Virus record (IMG/VR): IMGVR_UViG_3300027872_000003
Location: 1-55,965 of that record
Reading direction: 5' to 3' (one strand)
DNA from: a virus
Length of the DNA: 55,965 nucleotides
Shown here one piece after another: positions 8,095 to 15,010 of this stretch (its first letter is position 1; every line of letters starts with the position of its first letter). The position numbers and the translations under genes are program-made. The notes under the pieces are model-generated. The model ran no database searches and was not told where the DNA came from. It was given only the letters and a program-made list of their open reading frames with translations.

Positions 8095-8313
8095 ATGATA
8101 CCAGTAACCGTACAAGTCACCTGCCCCGCATGCCACAAGGAGCAACAGCAGCAAGTTATGGCCAGCAAGATATCCAGCGCTTATGGAATCGGCAGACCGT
8201 TTACATGTTCATTTCCAGATGGCCAGAGCGATGGCGGTTGTGGTGCGCCTTTTGTCGTTTATTACCGCTGCGTACTTGAAACTAAAGTGAAGTTGTTTCC
8301 GGAGGCAGGATAA
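8095..8313 (+). CDS. hypothetical zinc-ribbon-like protein (72 aa)
   Basis: ATG at 8095 with AGAGGA upstream. Motif: CPACHKE...C...GGCG. Confidence 0.5.
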   Translation: MIPVTVQVTCPACHKEQQQQVMASKISSAYGIGRPFTCSFPDGQSDGGCGAPFVVYYRCVLETKVKLFPEAG

Positions 8314-8534
8314 TGACCTACCAAGCCGAACAGAATCACCACGACAAACAATTAGCCGATCACCTTGATTCATTCAAAGAAGATGGCGCATTCAAGTTCA
8401 AATGTGAAGAATGTTTGGAATCAAAGCCTTTCCGAGAAATGCGCTATACGCACGATCACAAAGAAGAGGGCTGCTGTAACGATTGCTCTCTTATTCCTTT
8501 TATCGCTCAACAGTGGGGATTCGACAATGCCTAA
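8313..8534 (+). CDS. hypothetical Cys-rich protein (73 aa)
   Basis: GGAGG SD. Start overlaps the upstream stop (TAATG). Motif: CEEC...CCNDC. Confidence 0.5.
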   Translation: MTYQAEQNHHDKQLADHLDSFKEDGAFKFKCEECLESKPFREMRYTHDHKEEGCCNDCSLIPFIAQQWGFDNA

Positions 8535-8727
8535 GTGGATTTATACGCCAACACAGCCAGGCTGGTACGCCGTTCGCAACCTTGGCGATACAGACATGCG
8601 CGCCTTGTGCTTTGAGTGCTTCGACGCCGATATGGTTGATTTAACCGGTGTTCCGATTGAGCGATACCAGAACTCCGAGTTCACCAAAATCGATGCAGAT
8701 GAGCTTATGAATAGGGGTGTTGAGTGA
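8527..8727 (+). CDS. hypothetical protein (66 aa, MPKWIY...)
   Basis: Internal ATG of ORF 8365-8727, 8-nt overlap with the upstream gene. The upstream part of that ORF overlaps 8313-8534 in another frame. Confidence 0.45.
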   Translation: MPKWIYTPTQPGWYAVRNLGDTDMRALCFECFDADMVDLTGVPIERYQNSEFTKIDADELMNRGVE

Positions 8728-9020
8728 TGGGTGATCAATCATTTGCAAACACTATAACTGCTATCGACCTCGGTGAGACGGCATCAAGCGTCATGTCTTC
8801 GTGTGAAAAATACGGAATGACATGGGGCTGCGATACTGAATGCCCGGTACTTATGGCTGGGAACTGCGAACTAAAAGACGATGAAAACAAGAACTTGTGG
8901 GAAGAAGTTAAGCCGAGATTCGATGATGTCAGCTGCTCTAGTTGCGGCGAAGGATTCGGCCCCGGTGACAATGGATTTTCTCACTGTGAAAGCCACGCTG
9001 GCATGAAGCCGGTTAATTAG
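8727..9020 (+). CDS. hypothetical Cys-rich protein (97 aa)
   Basis: ATGA-type overlap with the upstream stop. Nine Cys residues. Confidence 0.5.
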   Translation: MGDQSFANTITAIDLGETASSVMSSCEKYGMTWGCDTECPVLMAGNCELKDDENKNLWEEVKPRFDDVSCSSCGEGFGPGDNGFSHCESHAGMKPVN

Positions 9021-9045
9021 CCACCAATAACGAACGGGAAATGAA

Positions 9046-9351
9046 ATGAACGAATTGGTTGAAAAAATTAATGATGGTGAAATTGTAGATGACGCCAAAT
9101 TGAATTTGAACTCTCCTGTTCAGGTTAAATATGAAGAGAATGAGGACTGGATAAACGCTCACTTTCATTCATTTAGCAAAGATGGCCGAATAAACGTAGT
9201 TCCCAATGGACGAACAAGCTTCACAAGTCTGGTTCAGGGTGAAGATGCCAAGTGGCATTACAGTACATATAATTTTTACAGGACGGTTAACGAGATTACT
9301 GATACCGGCGATGCCAGAGAAAGCGACGCTTATTTAGAGCACTGGAATTAA
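9046..9351 (+). CDS. hypothetical protein (101 aa)
   Basis: ORF in a compact plus-strand string. Confidence 0.5.
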   Translation: MNELVEKINDGEIVDDAKLNLNSPVQVKYEENEDWINAHFHSFSKDGRINVVPNGRTSFTSLVQGEDAKWHYSTYNFYRTVNEITDTGDARESDAYLEHWN

Positions 9352-9370
9352 TTTGTAATGTGTTCGTAAC

Positions 9371-9416
9371 AATTGACCACCTGAAACCGGTATAAAATAC
9401 ATTTTTAATAAGAGGA
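9371..9416 (+). repeat. copy 1 of a 46-nt promoter/5'-UTR-like direct repeat
   Basis: AATTGACCACCTGAAACCGGTATAAAATACATTTTTAATAAGAGGA. 42/46 identical to 10630-10675. Ends in the SD of the downstream gene. Confidence 0.8.
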
Positions 9417-9425
9417 TAAATAAAA

Positions 9426-10601
9426 ATGATTATATTTGAGAACGATGGACTTATTGACAAGCGAAGCATTACCACATTTGGTATTTCAAGCAAAGAAACC
9501 GATTCAGCGATAGGCTATTTCGGGACCGGCCTTAAATACGCTATAGCGGTATTGCTGCGGGAAAATATCAGTATCACTATATGTGTTGGCGACGAAAGAC
9601 TTTGCTTTACCAAAGAGCGGGAAGCTGTTCGCGTCGACGAGTTTGATTTTATTTACATGAATGGCGAGAGGCTTGCGTTTACCACAGAACTGGGTAAGAC
9701 CTGGGAATTGTGGCAGGCATTCCGAGAAATTTATTCTAATTGTCTTGATGAAAGCGGCACTATTTACGAAGCGAGATCATTTTCAGCTAAGGAAGAATGC
9801 ACGGTGATATCTGTTGAAGGTAGCGCGTTTGCAGATATATTTTACAACAAAAATGACATCTTCCTGGAGTCGTCACCCATCTATTCAAAAAACGGGATAG
9901 AGGTCCATTCAGGAGAAGGTAAGTATTTGTTTTATAAAGGCGTTCGAGTGGCCGAGCTTGTTACTCCAACCATCTACACCTACAACATAAAGACTCATAT
10001 TACGTTAACAGAAGATCGCACAATAAAATATATTCAGACCGCATTTCAGAAAATATCAGAGCTGGCAATTACCTGTGGCGACGAATCAATAATCAAATCG
10101 ATCTGTACTGCATCAAAAAGATTTGCCGAGCACGATTTAGACTTTGATTGGAGCTACGAACCAAGCCATGAATTTTTAACCGTTGTCGGATCGCTTAAAA
10201 ATGAATTCTCATCAAGGCTTAGTGCGTCGGCATTAAAGAAATATTCTCAGCATGTAGCCACCGTTTTCCATCCCGACCCGACAAAGCTGAATGATATACA
10301 AAAAATGCAACTCGAAAAGGCTATAAATTTTAATAAGCTAATCGGTTATCAGGTTGATGATTACGAAATAATAGTGACTGACTTTATGGGCGAAGGTGTC
10401 CTTGGTATGGCGAAAGATGGAAGAATATTCATAGCCACGCAGGTCTTTATGATGGGAACAAAGTATCTGGCATCGACGATACTGGAAGAATTCTTACACC
10501 TTCGATTCAAGCTGGTTGACGAAACCAGGAATATGCAAAACTTTCTTTTCGATGCGATTATGACCGTTGGCGAAATTCATGCGCTAAAAGAGCCTTTGTA
10601 A
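9426..10601 (+). CDS. hypothetical protein (391 aa), function unknown
   Basis: Long ORF with AAGAGGA SD. Contains GYFGTGLKYA and EIYSNCLDE motifs, but in the wrong order for a GHKL ATPase. Confidence 0.6.
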   Translation: MIIFENDGLIDKRSITTFGISSKETDSAIGYFGTGLKYAIAVLLRENISITICVGDERLCFTKEREAVRVDEFDFIYMNGERLAFTTELGKTWELWQAFREIYSNCLDESGTIYEARSFSAKEECTVISVEGSAFADIFYNKNDIFLESSPIYSKNGIEVHSGEGKYLFYKGVRVAELVTPTIYTYNIKTHITLTEDRTIKYIQTAFQKISELAITCGDESIIKSICTASKRFAEHDLDFDWSYEPSHEFLTVVGSLKNEFSSRLSASALKKYSQHVATVFHPDPTKLNDIQKMQLEKAINFNKLIGYQVDDYEIIVTDFMGEGVLGMAKDGRIFIATQVFMMGTKYLASTILEEFLHLRFKLVDETRNMQNFLFDAIMTVGEIHALKEPL

Positions 10602-10629
10602 CATTACAGAAAGTTAATCCAATGGTAAT

Positions 10630-10675
10630 AATTGACCACCTGGAACCGAGTTAAAATACATTTTTAATAAGAGGA
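10630..10675 (+). repeat. copy 2 of the 46-nt promoter/5'-UTR-like direct repeat
   Basis: AATTGACCACCTGGAACCGAGTTAAAATACATTTTTAATAAGAGGA. Confidence 0.8.
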
Positions 10676-10682
10676 AAGTATC

Positions 10683-11564
10683 GTGAACGAAATAATAACG
10701 CCACCGACCGAGATTGTTGTTCCGAAACGAGAATTGATTAAGCCCGGCATCTATTACGACATGCAGAACGAGGACTATCACGCCACCAAGGACATAAGCA
10801 AGACCACTCTTGACCTTGCGCACGATGACCCGTATGGCCCTGACTGGTCTAAGTCGTGCCCGGTTGACGAAGAGAAGCTGAAGACGTTTGATTTTGGTGA
10901 CGCAATGCACGCTATCTGCCTTGAGCCTGAACGCTTGAAATCTGAGTTTGTTGTGATGCCTAAGTTTGGGCAAAAGAATGTGGACAAAGAAGCGAAACTG
11001 AAATGGCAGCTAGCCCACCAAGGGCTGAAGATTCTCAGTGAAGACGATCATAAAAAGCTTAACCTAATGTTTGAATCGGTTATGGCCCATGGCGAGGCAA
11101 GAGAATTAATTGAAGCCGAGGGAGTTGCTGAGTCATCATACTTTTGGATTGACGAGCAAACAGGGCTTGGCTGCAAGTGTCGCCCAGATAAGCACATTAA
11201 AAACGATAACCTGCTGGTTGACGTGAAGACCACTCCCTACTTATCAAAATTTAATTTCTCTGTCGATGATTACCGGTATTACGTACAAGACCCCTGGTAC
11301 TGTGATGGTGTTAGCCGCTTCACTGATGAGCCGGTACGCATGGAATTCTTGGTAATACAGAAGTCTATCGAGTGCGGCCGGTATCCAGTAGCGGTGCTTA
11401 AACTGCCTTCCGAAGCTATCGAGTATGGCCGTGATATGTATCGCGAAGACCTCAATCGTTACGCAGAATATCTAAACTCCGAGCAGCCTTACGAAACAAG
11501 AGAGATTGATATGGGCTATCGATTCAACCAGAAAATAGAAAACCACTTTGGAGAAGTATTCTAA
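10683..11564 (+). CDS. PD-(D/E)XK exonuclease, RecE C-terminal / DUF3799-like
   Basis: YH....ISKT.L, FGDAMHAICLEPE, CKCRPD....LLVDVKTT (D...D/ExK core), YYVQDPWY. GTG start 7 nt after AAGAGGA. Confidence 0.65.
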   Translation: MNEIITPPTEIVVPKRELIKPGIYYDMQNEDYHATKDISKTTLDLAHDDPYGPDWSKSCPVDEEKLKTFDFGDAMHAICLEPERLKSEFVVMPKFGQKNVDKEAKLKWQLAHQGLKILSEDDHKKLNLMFESVMAHGEARELIEAEGVAESSYFWIDEQTGLGCKCRPDKHIKNDNLLVDVKTTPYLSKFNFSVDDYRYYVQDPWYCDGVSRFTDEPVRMEFLVIQKSIECGRYPVAVLKLPSEAIEYGRDMYREDLNRYAEYLNSEQPYETREIDMGYRFNQKIENHFGEVF

Positions 11565-12088
11565 TGGAAAACGAAAACGATTTATCAAGCACGGTAGTAG
11601 CCAAGTCTGACCAGCTAAATGCCGATGAGCTAATTGACCCAATTACCATTACGGTTACGCGAGTCGATAAAGTAGCTTCGAAAGATCAGCCGGTACTGAT
11701 TCACTCCGCAGGAATACAGCCTTACAAGCCATGCCTGACTATGCGCCGCATGCTGATAGCCGCATGGGGCAAGTACAAAGATCAGTGGGTTGGTCGCTCA
11801 ATGGTTTTGTATTGCGATCCAGAGGTTATGTGGGCAGGCAAAGAACAGGGCGGCGTGCGAGTTAGTCATGTTAGCGATATCGATCAGCCGGTAAGTAGAA
11901 TGCTGGCGGTGACGCGGGGCAGGAAAAAGCTATTTACACTCCTTCCGCTTGTGGATACTCGGCAGATTACCGACGATGATCAGAAATGGATTGACGCGGT
12001 GATAGCCGATCCCGAGGTTTTAAATCAGATTAATGACCCGGAGTACAAGGCATTCATTGAAAGTAATCTGCAGAAAACTGCTCAATAA
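11564..12088 (+). CDS. conserved phage hypothetical protein (174 aa)
   Basis: TAATG-coupled to the exonuclease gene. Motif: PYKPCLTMRRMLIAAWG...GRSMVLYCDP...GGVRVSHVS. Confidence 0.5.
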   Translation: MENENDLSSTVVAKSDQLNADELIDPITITVTRVDKVASKDQPVLIHSAGIQPYKPCLTMRRMLIAAWGKYKDQWVGRSMVLYCDPEVMWAGKEQGGVRVSHVSDIDQPVSRMLAVTRGRKKLFTLLPLVDTRQITDDDQKWIDAVIADPEVLNQINDPEYKAFIESNLQKTAQ

Positions 12089-12099
12089 ACATGGTCTTT

Positions 12100-12122
12100 C
12101 CCCGTGAAACGCGGGGCTTTTT
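12100..12122 (+). terminator. rho-independent terminator
   Basis: CCCCG-TGAAAC-CGGGG followed by CTTTTT. Confidence 0.7.
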
Positions 12123-12139
12123 ATTCAGCGGAGAATAAT

Positions 12140-12460
12140 ATGGAAATGGAAAAGCAAAACATCGAAGACAGGGAAATAAACACCGTCCAAGTATGCATTG
12201 GTGTCGAGGGCGGGTGCGATCCATGCGAAGGCGAATATACGCTTAATATCTGTTCGTTTATAGGATCGCTTGATTTGCATTCTGTCGGTGGTGTTGACGA
12301 TATCAGCTTGATAAAAGATTGCATCGAAAACGACTTTCACTTTGCGTTGCTGCCGAACGAAGGATGCGCCATGGTGACGCTTGAAGAAAGCGGCGAATGG
12401 GAAGACGTATTTTGGCACAAGTATTATAAAATCGTTCGCGTGACTATGGCTGAATATTGA
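12140..12460 (+). CDS. hypothetical acidic protein (106 aa)
   Basis: ATG at 12140 lies after the terminator and a GGAGAA SD. The ORF-track start at 12104 lies inside the terminator hairpin. Confidence 0.45.
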   Translation: MEMEKQNIEDREINTVQVCIGVEGGCDPCEGEYTLNICSFIGSLDLHSVGGVDDISLIKDCIENDFHFALLPNEGCAMVTLEESGEWEDVFWHKYYKIVRVTMAEY

Positions 12461-12912
12461 TGTCTGAAACATGGAAGGTCACCAACGCATCGAGCCTGAC
12501 TGGATTTATTGCCCGGGCAACTAAGTTGGCTGAGGAAAATGAACAAATCGTTTTTTCATGGAGGGTTGGCCGTGATATGTCGGACGACCAGAGAAAAATG
12601 ACCTTCGAGCTTTACACGCGCATAGGTAAGGCGCTGTATGGCGGCGACACGTCACACGCTCGGGCAGAGTGCAAGCTTACCCTGGGCGTCTTCATCATGC
12701 GCCGTGACAACGTTGAATACCGCGAGAAATACGACAAGATTATCAGGCCGATGGATTACGATACCAAACTAGAGCTAATGGTCGAGCCTTTAGAATTCCC
12801 GGTTACATCCTGCATGGGGATCCGCCAATGTCGCGAATTTATAGACATCGTAATCAAGACGTATACCGAGAAAGGCGTGGACTTTTCCCCTATTTTGAAT
12901 AATCCGTATTGA
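12457..12912 (+). CDS. NinB-like recombination protein (lambda NinB/Orf-pathway family)
   Basis: DMSDDQRKMTFELYTRIGKAL and TSCMGIRQCREFIDIVIKTYTEKGVDFS align by eye with lambda NinB RSLDQNRKLWACLGDVSRQV and TSRMRVGEFAELLELIQAFGTERGVKWS. Confidence 0.6.
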   Translation: MMSETWKVTNASSLTGFIARATKLAEENEQIVFSWRVGRDMSDDQRKMTFELYTRIGKALYGGDTSHARAECKLTLGVFIMRRDNVEYREKYDKIIRPMDYDTKLELMVEPLEFPVTSCMGIRQCREFIDIVIKTYTEKGVDFSPILNNPY

Positions 12913-12919
12913 GGTAATT

Positions 12920-13420
12920 ATGAAAATTGAAAATAAAGAATTGAGCCTAAATCCGATATCGATAATCGACATTATCAAACACAGAAATGAGAGGTTTACA
13001 CAGACCTTTCTCGTATTAGATCGAGCGCCTGATTTCTCATATGAGCGGATCGGGAACCATCTTATTGCCGAGGACTCTGGATTCTTTAACTTTTTTTACC
13101 ATAGCGGCCCAACAAAGGCGTTCCAGGCTTTCGGTGGTCGAGAATTCACTATCAAAATGAAAGATGAGGATGACATTAAAGCAAATGGCCAGTGGTGGGA
13201 TGGCATGCCTCCTGATTATTATGACCTTGTTTCTCAAAATGGAATAGGAACCATAAAAGGACTTAATGAGTGCAACGTGTTTTCGAGCTGCTATATCGAC
13301 AAAGATATTGTTAGCTATTGGCTTGCAAATAATGACCCGAGCAATAACTACAATAAATATTGCGTGAGGGATAAAGATTACGGCATGCATAAAATTGTCA
13401 GTAAATGGGACAGGAATTAA
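12920..13420 (+). CDS. hypothetical protein (166 aa)
   Basis: ORF with GAGG SD. Confidence 0.5.
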   Translation: MKIENKELSLNPISIIDIIKHRNERFTQTFLVLDRAPDFSYERIGNHLIAEDSGFFNFFYHSGPTKAFQAFGGREFTIKMKDEDDIKANGQWWDGMPPDYYDLVSQNGIGTIKGLNECNVFSSCYIDKDIVSYWLANNDPSNNYNKYCVRDKDYGMHKIVSKWDRN

Positions 13421-13427
13421 GTCAACT

Positions 13428-13607
13428 ATGAAAACAAACAAAGGCAAAGGTTATTTTTATCGGATGGGTCAGCGGGATTTAGTGTTCCATAAGTTTGAAT
13501 ATCACTTTGAGCAAATGAAGTTTCGTATGAAAGGCGGACATATAGATTGTTGGCCTGAATGGGCGCAAAAAGCATATCTTAATGGATTCAGGGGTTATGG
13601 ATTATGA
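13428..13607 (+). CDS. hypothetical protein (59 aa, MKTNKGKG...)
   Basis: First ATG of ORF 13395-13607. The track start is a TTG that overlaps the upstream gene. Confidence 0.4.
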   Translation: MKTNKGKGYFYRMGQRDLVFHKFEYHFEQMKFRMKGGHIDCWPEWAQKAYLNGFRGYGL

Positions 13608-13897
13608 GCAAAAAACTCAGAGACAGCGCGCGCGGTCAAGATTGCCGACTTGAGATCCATCCATACTGCAACGGTAACCCCGAGACAACGGTTTTGTGCC
13701 ACATAAATATCGATTCTGGCATGGGGCAAAAAGAGAAGGATCACTTTGGCGTTTTCGGTTGCAGCTCCTGCCATGACATAATCGACGCAAGGGTTCAAAC
13801 GGATATCGATCCTATTGAGATTGAACAAATTAAACTTCGAGCACTAAAACGAACATGGTCATACTGGATTGGGATAGGGCTTATTACGATTAGATAA
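13604..13897 (+). CDS. YbcO-like DUF1364 zinc-binding (putative nuclease) protein
   Basis: ARGQDCRLEIHPYCNGNPETTVLCH...CSSCHDIIDAR matches E. coli DLP12 YbcO ARGRECQVRIPGVCNGNPETSVLAH...CSACHDEIDRR. Confidence 0.85.
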   Translation: MSKKLRDSARGQDCRLEIHPYCNGNPETTVLCHINIDSGMGQKEKDHFGVFGCSSCHDIIDARVQTDIDPIEIEQIKLRALKRTWSYWIGIGLITIR

Positions 13898-13909
13898 TTG
13901 GAGAGTGAT

Positions 13910-14236
13910 ATGAATGGAACAGAATTGAAGCCAGCCAGATTGATGTATAGCAATATTTCTGGTGTCGGTAAAGAGATCTACGCAATGATCGTGAGAGAGG
14001 TTAAGTGCGTCGAGTTTGATAAGTTGCCCGGCCCTCACATAATTATGCACCCAAGAGCCGAAGGTCCAATGCGGTCTGTTGTAGCCTATGAGCCTTGGAT
14101 TCAGTTCGAACCCAAAGAGTGGAGCGAAATGATAGAAGTCATGTTCCAGCAAATGGTGGATTTATGGAACGAGAAAAACGCTACCATTTCAGAAGATGAT
14201 GCGCTTGATTTCATTAAGCAGGTGAGAGGTTATTAA
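13910..14236 (+). CDS. hypothetical protein (108 aa)
   Basis: ATG at 13910 follows GGAGAG. It is the last gene before the ORF-free region. Confidence 0.5.
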   Translation: MNGTELKPARLMYSNISGVGKEIYAMIVREVKCVEFDKLPGPHIIMHPRAEGPMRSVVAYEPWIQFEPKEWSEMIEVMFQQMVDLWNEKNATISEDDALDFIKQVRGY

Positions 14237-14279
14237 TCAGCCCGCCGAAATAGAAAAGACTGGTTATAGCTAATCAGAC

Positions 14280-14307
14280 TTGACAAATTTTGCAGGAGGT
14301 ATAGAGT
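14280..14307 (+). promoter_or_regulatory. sigma70-like promoter inside the ORF-free region
   Basis: Consensus TTGACA (14280-14285), 16-nt spacer, TAGAGT (14302-14307). No ORF follows. Confidence 0.45.
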
Positions 14308-14359
14308 TCGGTTTGTAGGCGTGTTGGAACGTCTTTAGAAAAGTTTAAAGTTTGCAGAA

Positions 14360-14455
14360 GGGTTATTTAATATCAAGTTCAGAGGCTATGGGTTTACACC
14401 TGTGACACCTGAACTGCCTTTCCAAACTGGGCTTGATATCAAATAGCCCTTTTTT
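14360..14455 (+). terminator. very long imperfect hairpin plus T6 (terminator and/or body of a ~145-nt sRNA)
   Basis: 14360-14382 pairs with 14409-14413 and 14432-14449: 23 positions, one G-U, one A-C. TTTTTT follows at 14450-14455. Confidence 0.55.
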
Positions 14456-14718
14456 GTGTCTGACCTTTACCGGGTGCGGTAACTAAGACTTCATATAGTC
14501 TTACGTAGCAACTTGAAAGCAGTTATCCAGACACAAATCCTTTCTAAAGTCCTTCCTTATAGCCTGTTTAGATGATGGTATTGATAGAACCGAAATATGT
14601 GTATGGCGTGCATAGCAAAGCATTGAGGATCTACAGTGAGAACCGAAGGCCAAGGGGACACTGGTAAAAAGCATCGACACTGATCGTAGCGCTTAATATC
14701 ATCTTCTAAGCAAGTTAT

Positions 14719-14886
14719 AGAGTCTATATTGAAGTGGTGGTTCGATTCCACAGACTGTGTACGGTGGTAGAGTTCAATTCTCTACAGGCGAACGGGGTAG
14801 TGAAAACTTTAAATGGTGCCCAGCCGATTCCAAAGTTTGGAAAAAGTGGTTCAGCCGGAAGCAGTCACCACCTCAATATAGATTCT
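14719..14886 (+). ncRNA. module 1: 21-position closing helix enclosing two T-loop hairpins (tRNA-mimic / Y-RNA-like architecture)
   Basis: 14719-14739 pairs with 14866-14886. Inside are GTGG-TTCGATT-CCAC (14737-14751), GTAGAG-TTCAATT-CTCTAC (14767-14785) and helix 14804-14816/14830-14838. Confidence 0.5.
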
Positions 14887-14911
14887 CCTCTACCGAGTTA
14901 GTATTTGTGGT

Positions 14912-15010
14912 GTTGTTATCGTGGCTGAATGTAGAAGCCAGCATGATAGCCGGGAGCGCGCCCGAAGGCTGTCAAATGTGACGTAGGGAGGTCGAAATCC
15001 CATAGCAACC
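14912..15010 (+). ncRNA. module 2: non-canonical tRNA-shaped element (not a functional tRNA gene by eye)
   Basis: 7-bp acceptor-like helix GTTGTTA/TAGCAAC. D-like TGGC/GCCA stem. 11-bp arm at 14945-14973 with a 6-nt loop. T-like GGGA-GGTCGAAA-TCCC abuts the 3' acceptor strand. Confidence 0.4.

Noticed and set aside
8365-8526. 5' extension of ORF 8365-8727. Similar extensions at 19265-19333, 12104-12139 and 13395-13427.
   Set aside because: The extensions overlap the preceding genes (or a terminator hairpin) in another frame. Internal ATGs give the coupled-start geometry used throughout this genome.
9373-9402. Reading the 46-nt repeat as a standard sigma70 promoter (TTGACC ... TAAAAT).
   Set aside because: The spacer is only 14 nt in both copies, outside the 16-18 nt range. 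It is kept as a repeat or regulatory element of unknown mechanism.
9426-10601. GHKL (MORC/Hsp90-like) ATPase call, based on GYFGTGLKYA and EIYSNCLDE.
   Set aside because: The G-box-like motif precedes the N-box-like motif, which is the wrong order for the Bergerat fold. No other GHKL motifs were seen, so the gene is left as hypothetical.
14737-14785. Two tRNA-like T-arms (GGTTCGATTCC and GAGTTCAATTCTC) that at first looked like tRNA genes.
   Set aside because: They lie only about 30 nt apart. Neither has a 7-bp acceptor partner at the expected distance, even allowing G-U pairs. No anticodon arm can be drawn. They are treated as T-loop motifs inside a structured RNA.
14557-14981. ORFs 14557-14751 (minus, 64 aa) and 14757-14981 (plus, 74 aa) as protein-coding genes.
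   Set aside because: There is no Shine-Dalgarno. The plus ORF starts at a non-ATG codon. The sequences look random (Trp/Cys/His-rich). Both cross the strongest RNA helices.
14719-15010. tRNA 3'-fragment as an attP core for integration into a host tRNA gene.
   Set aside because: No tyrosine or serine recombinase, excisionase or CI-type repressor could be recognised anywhere in the complete genome.
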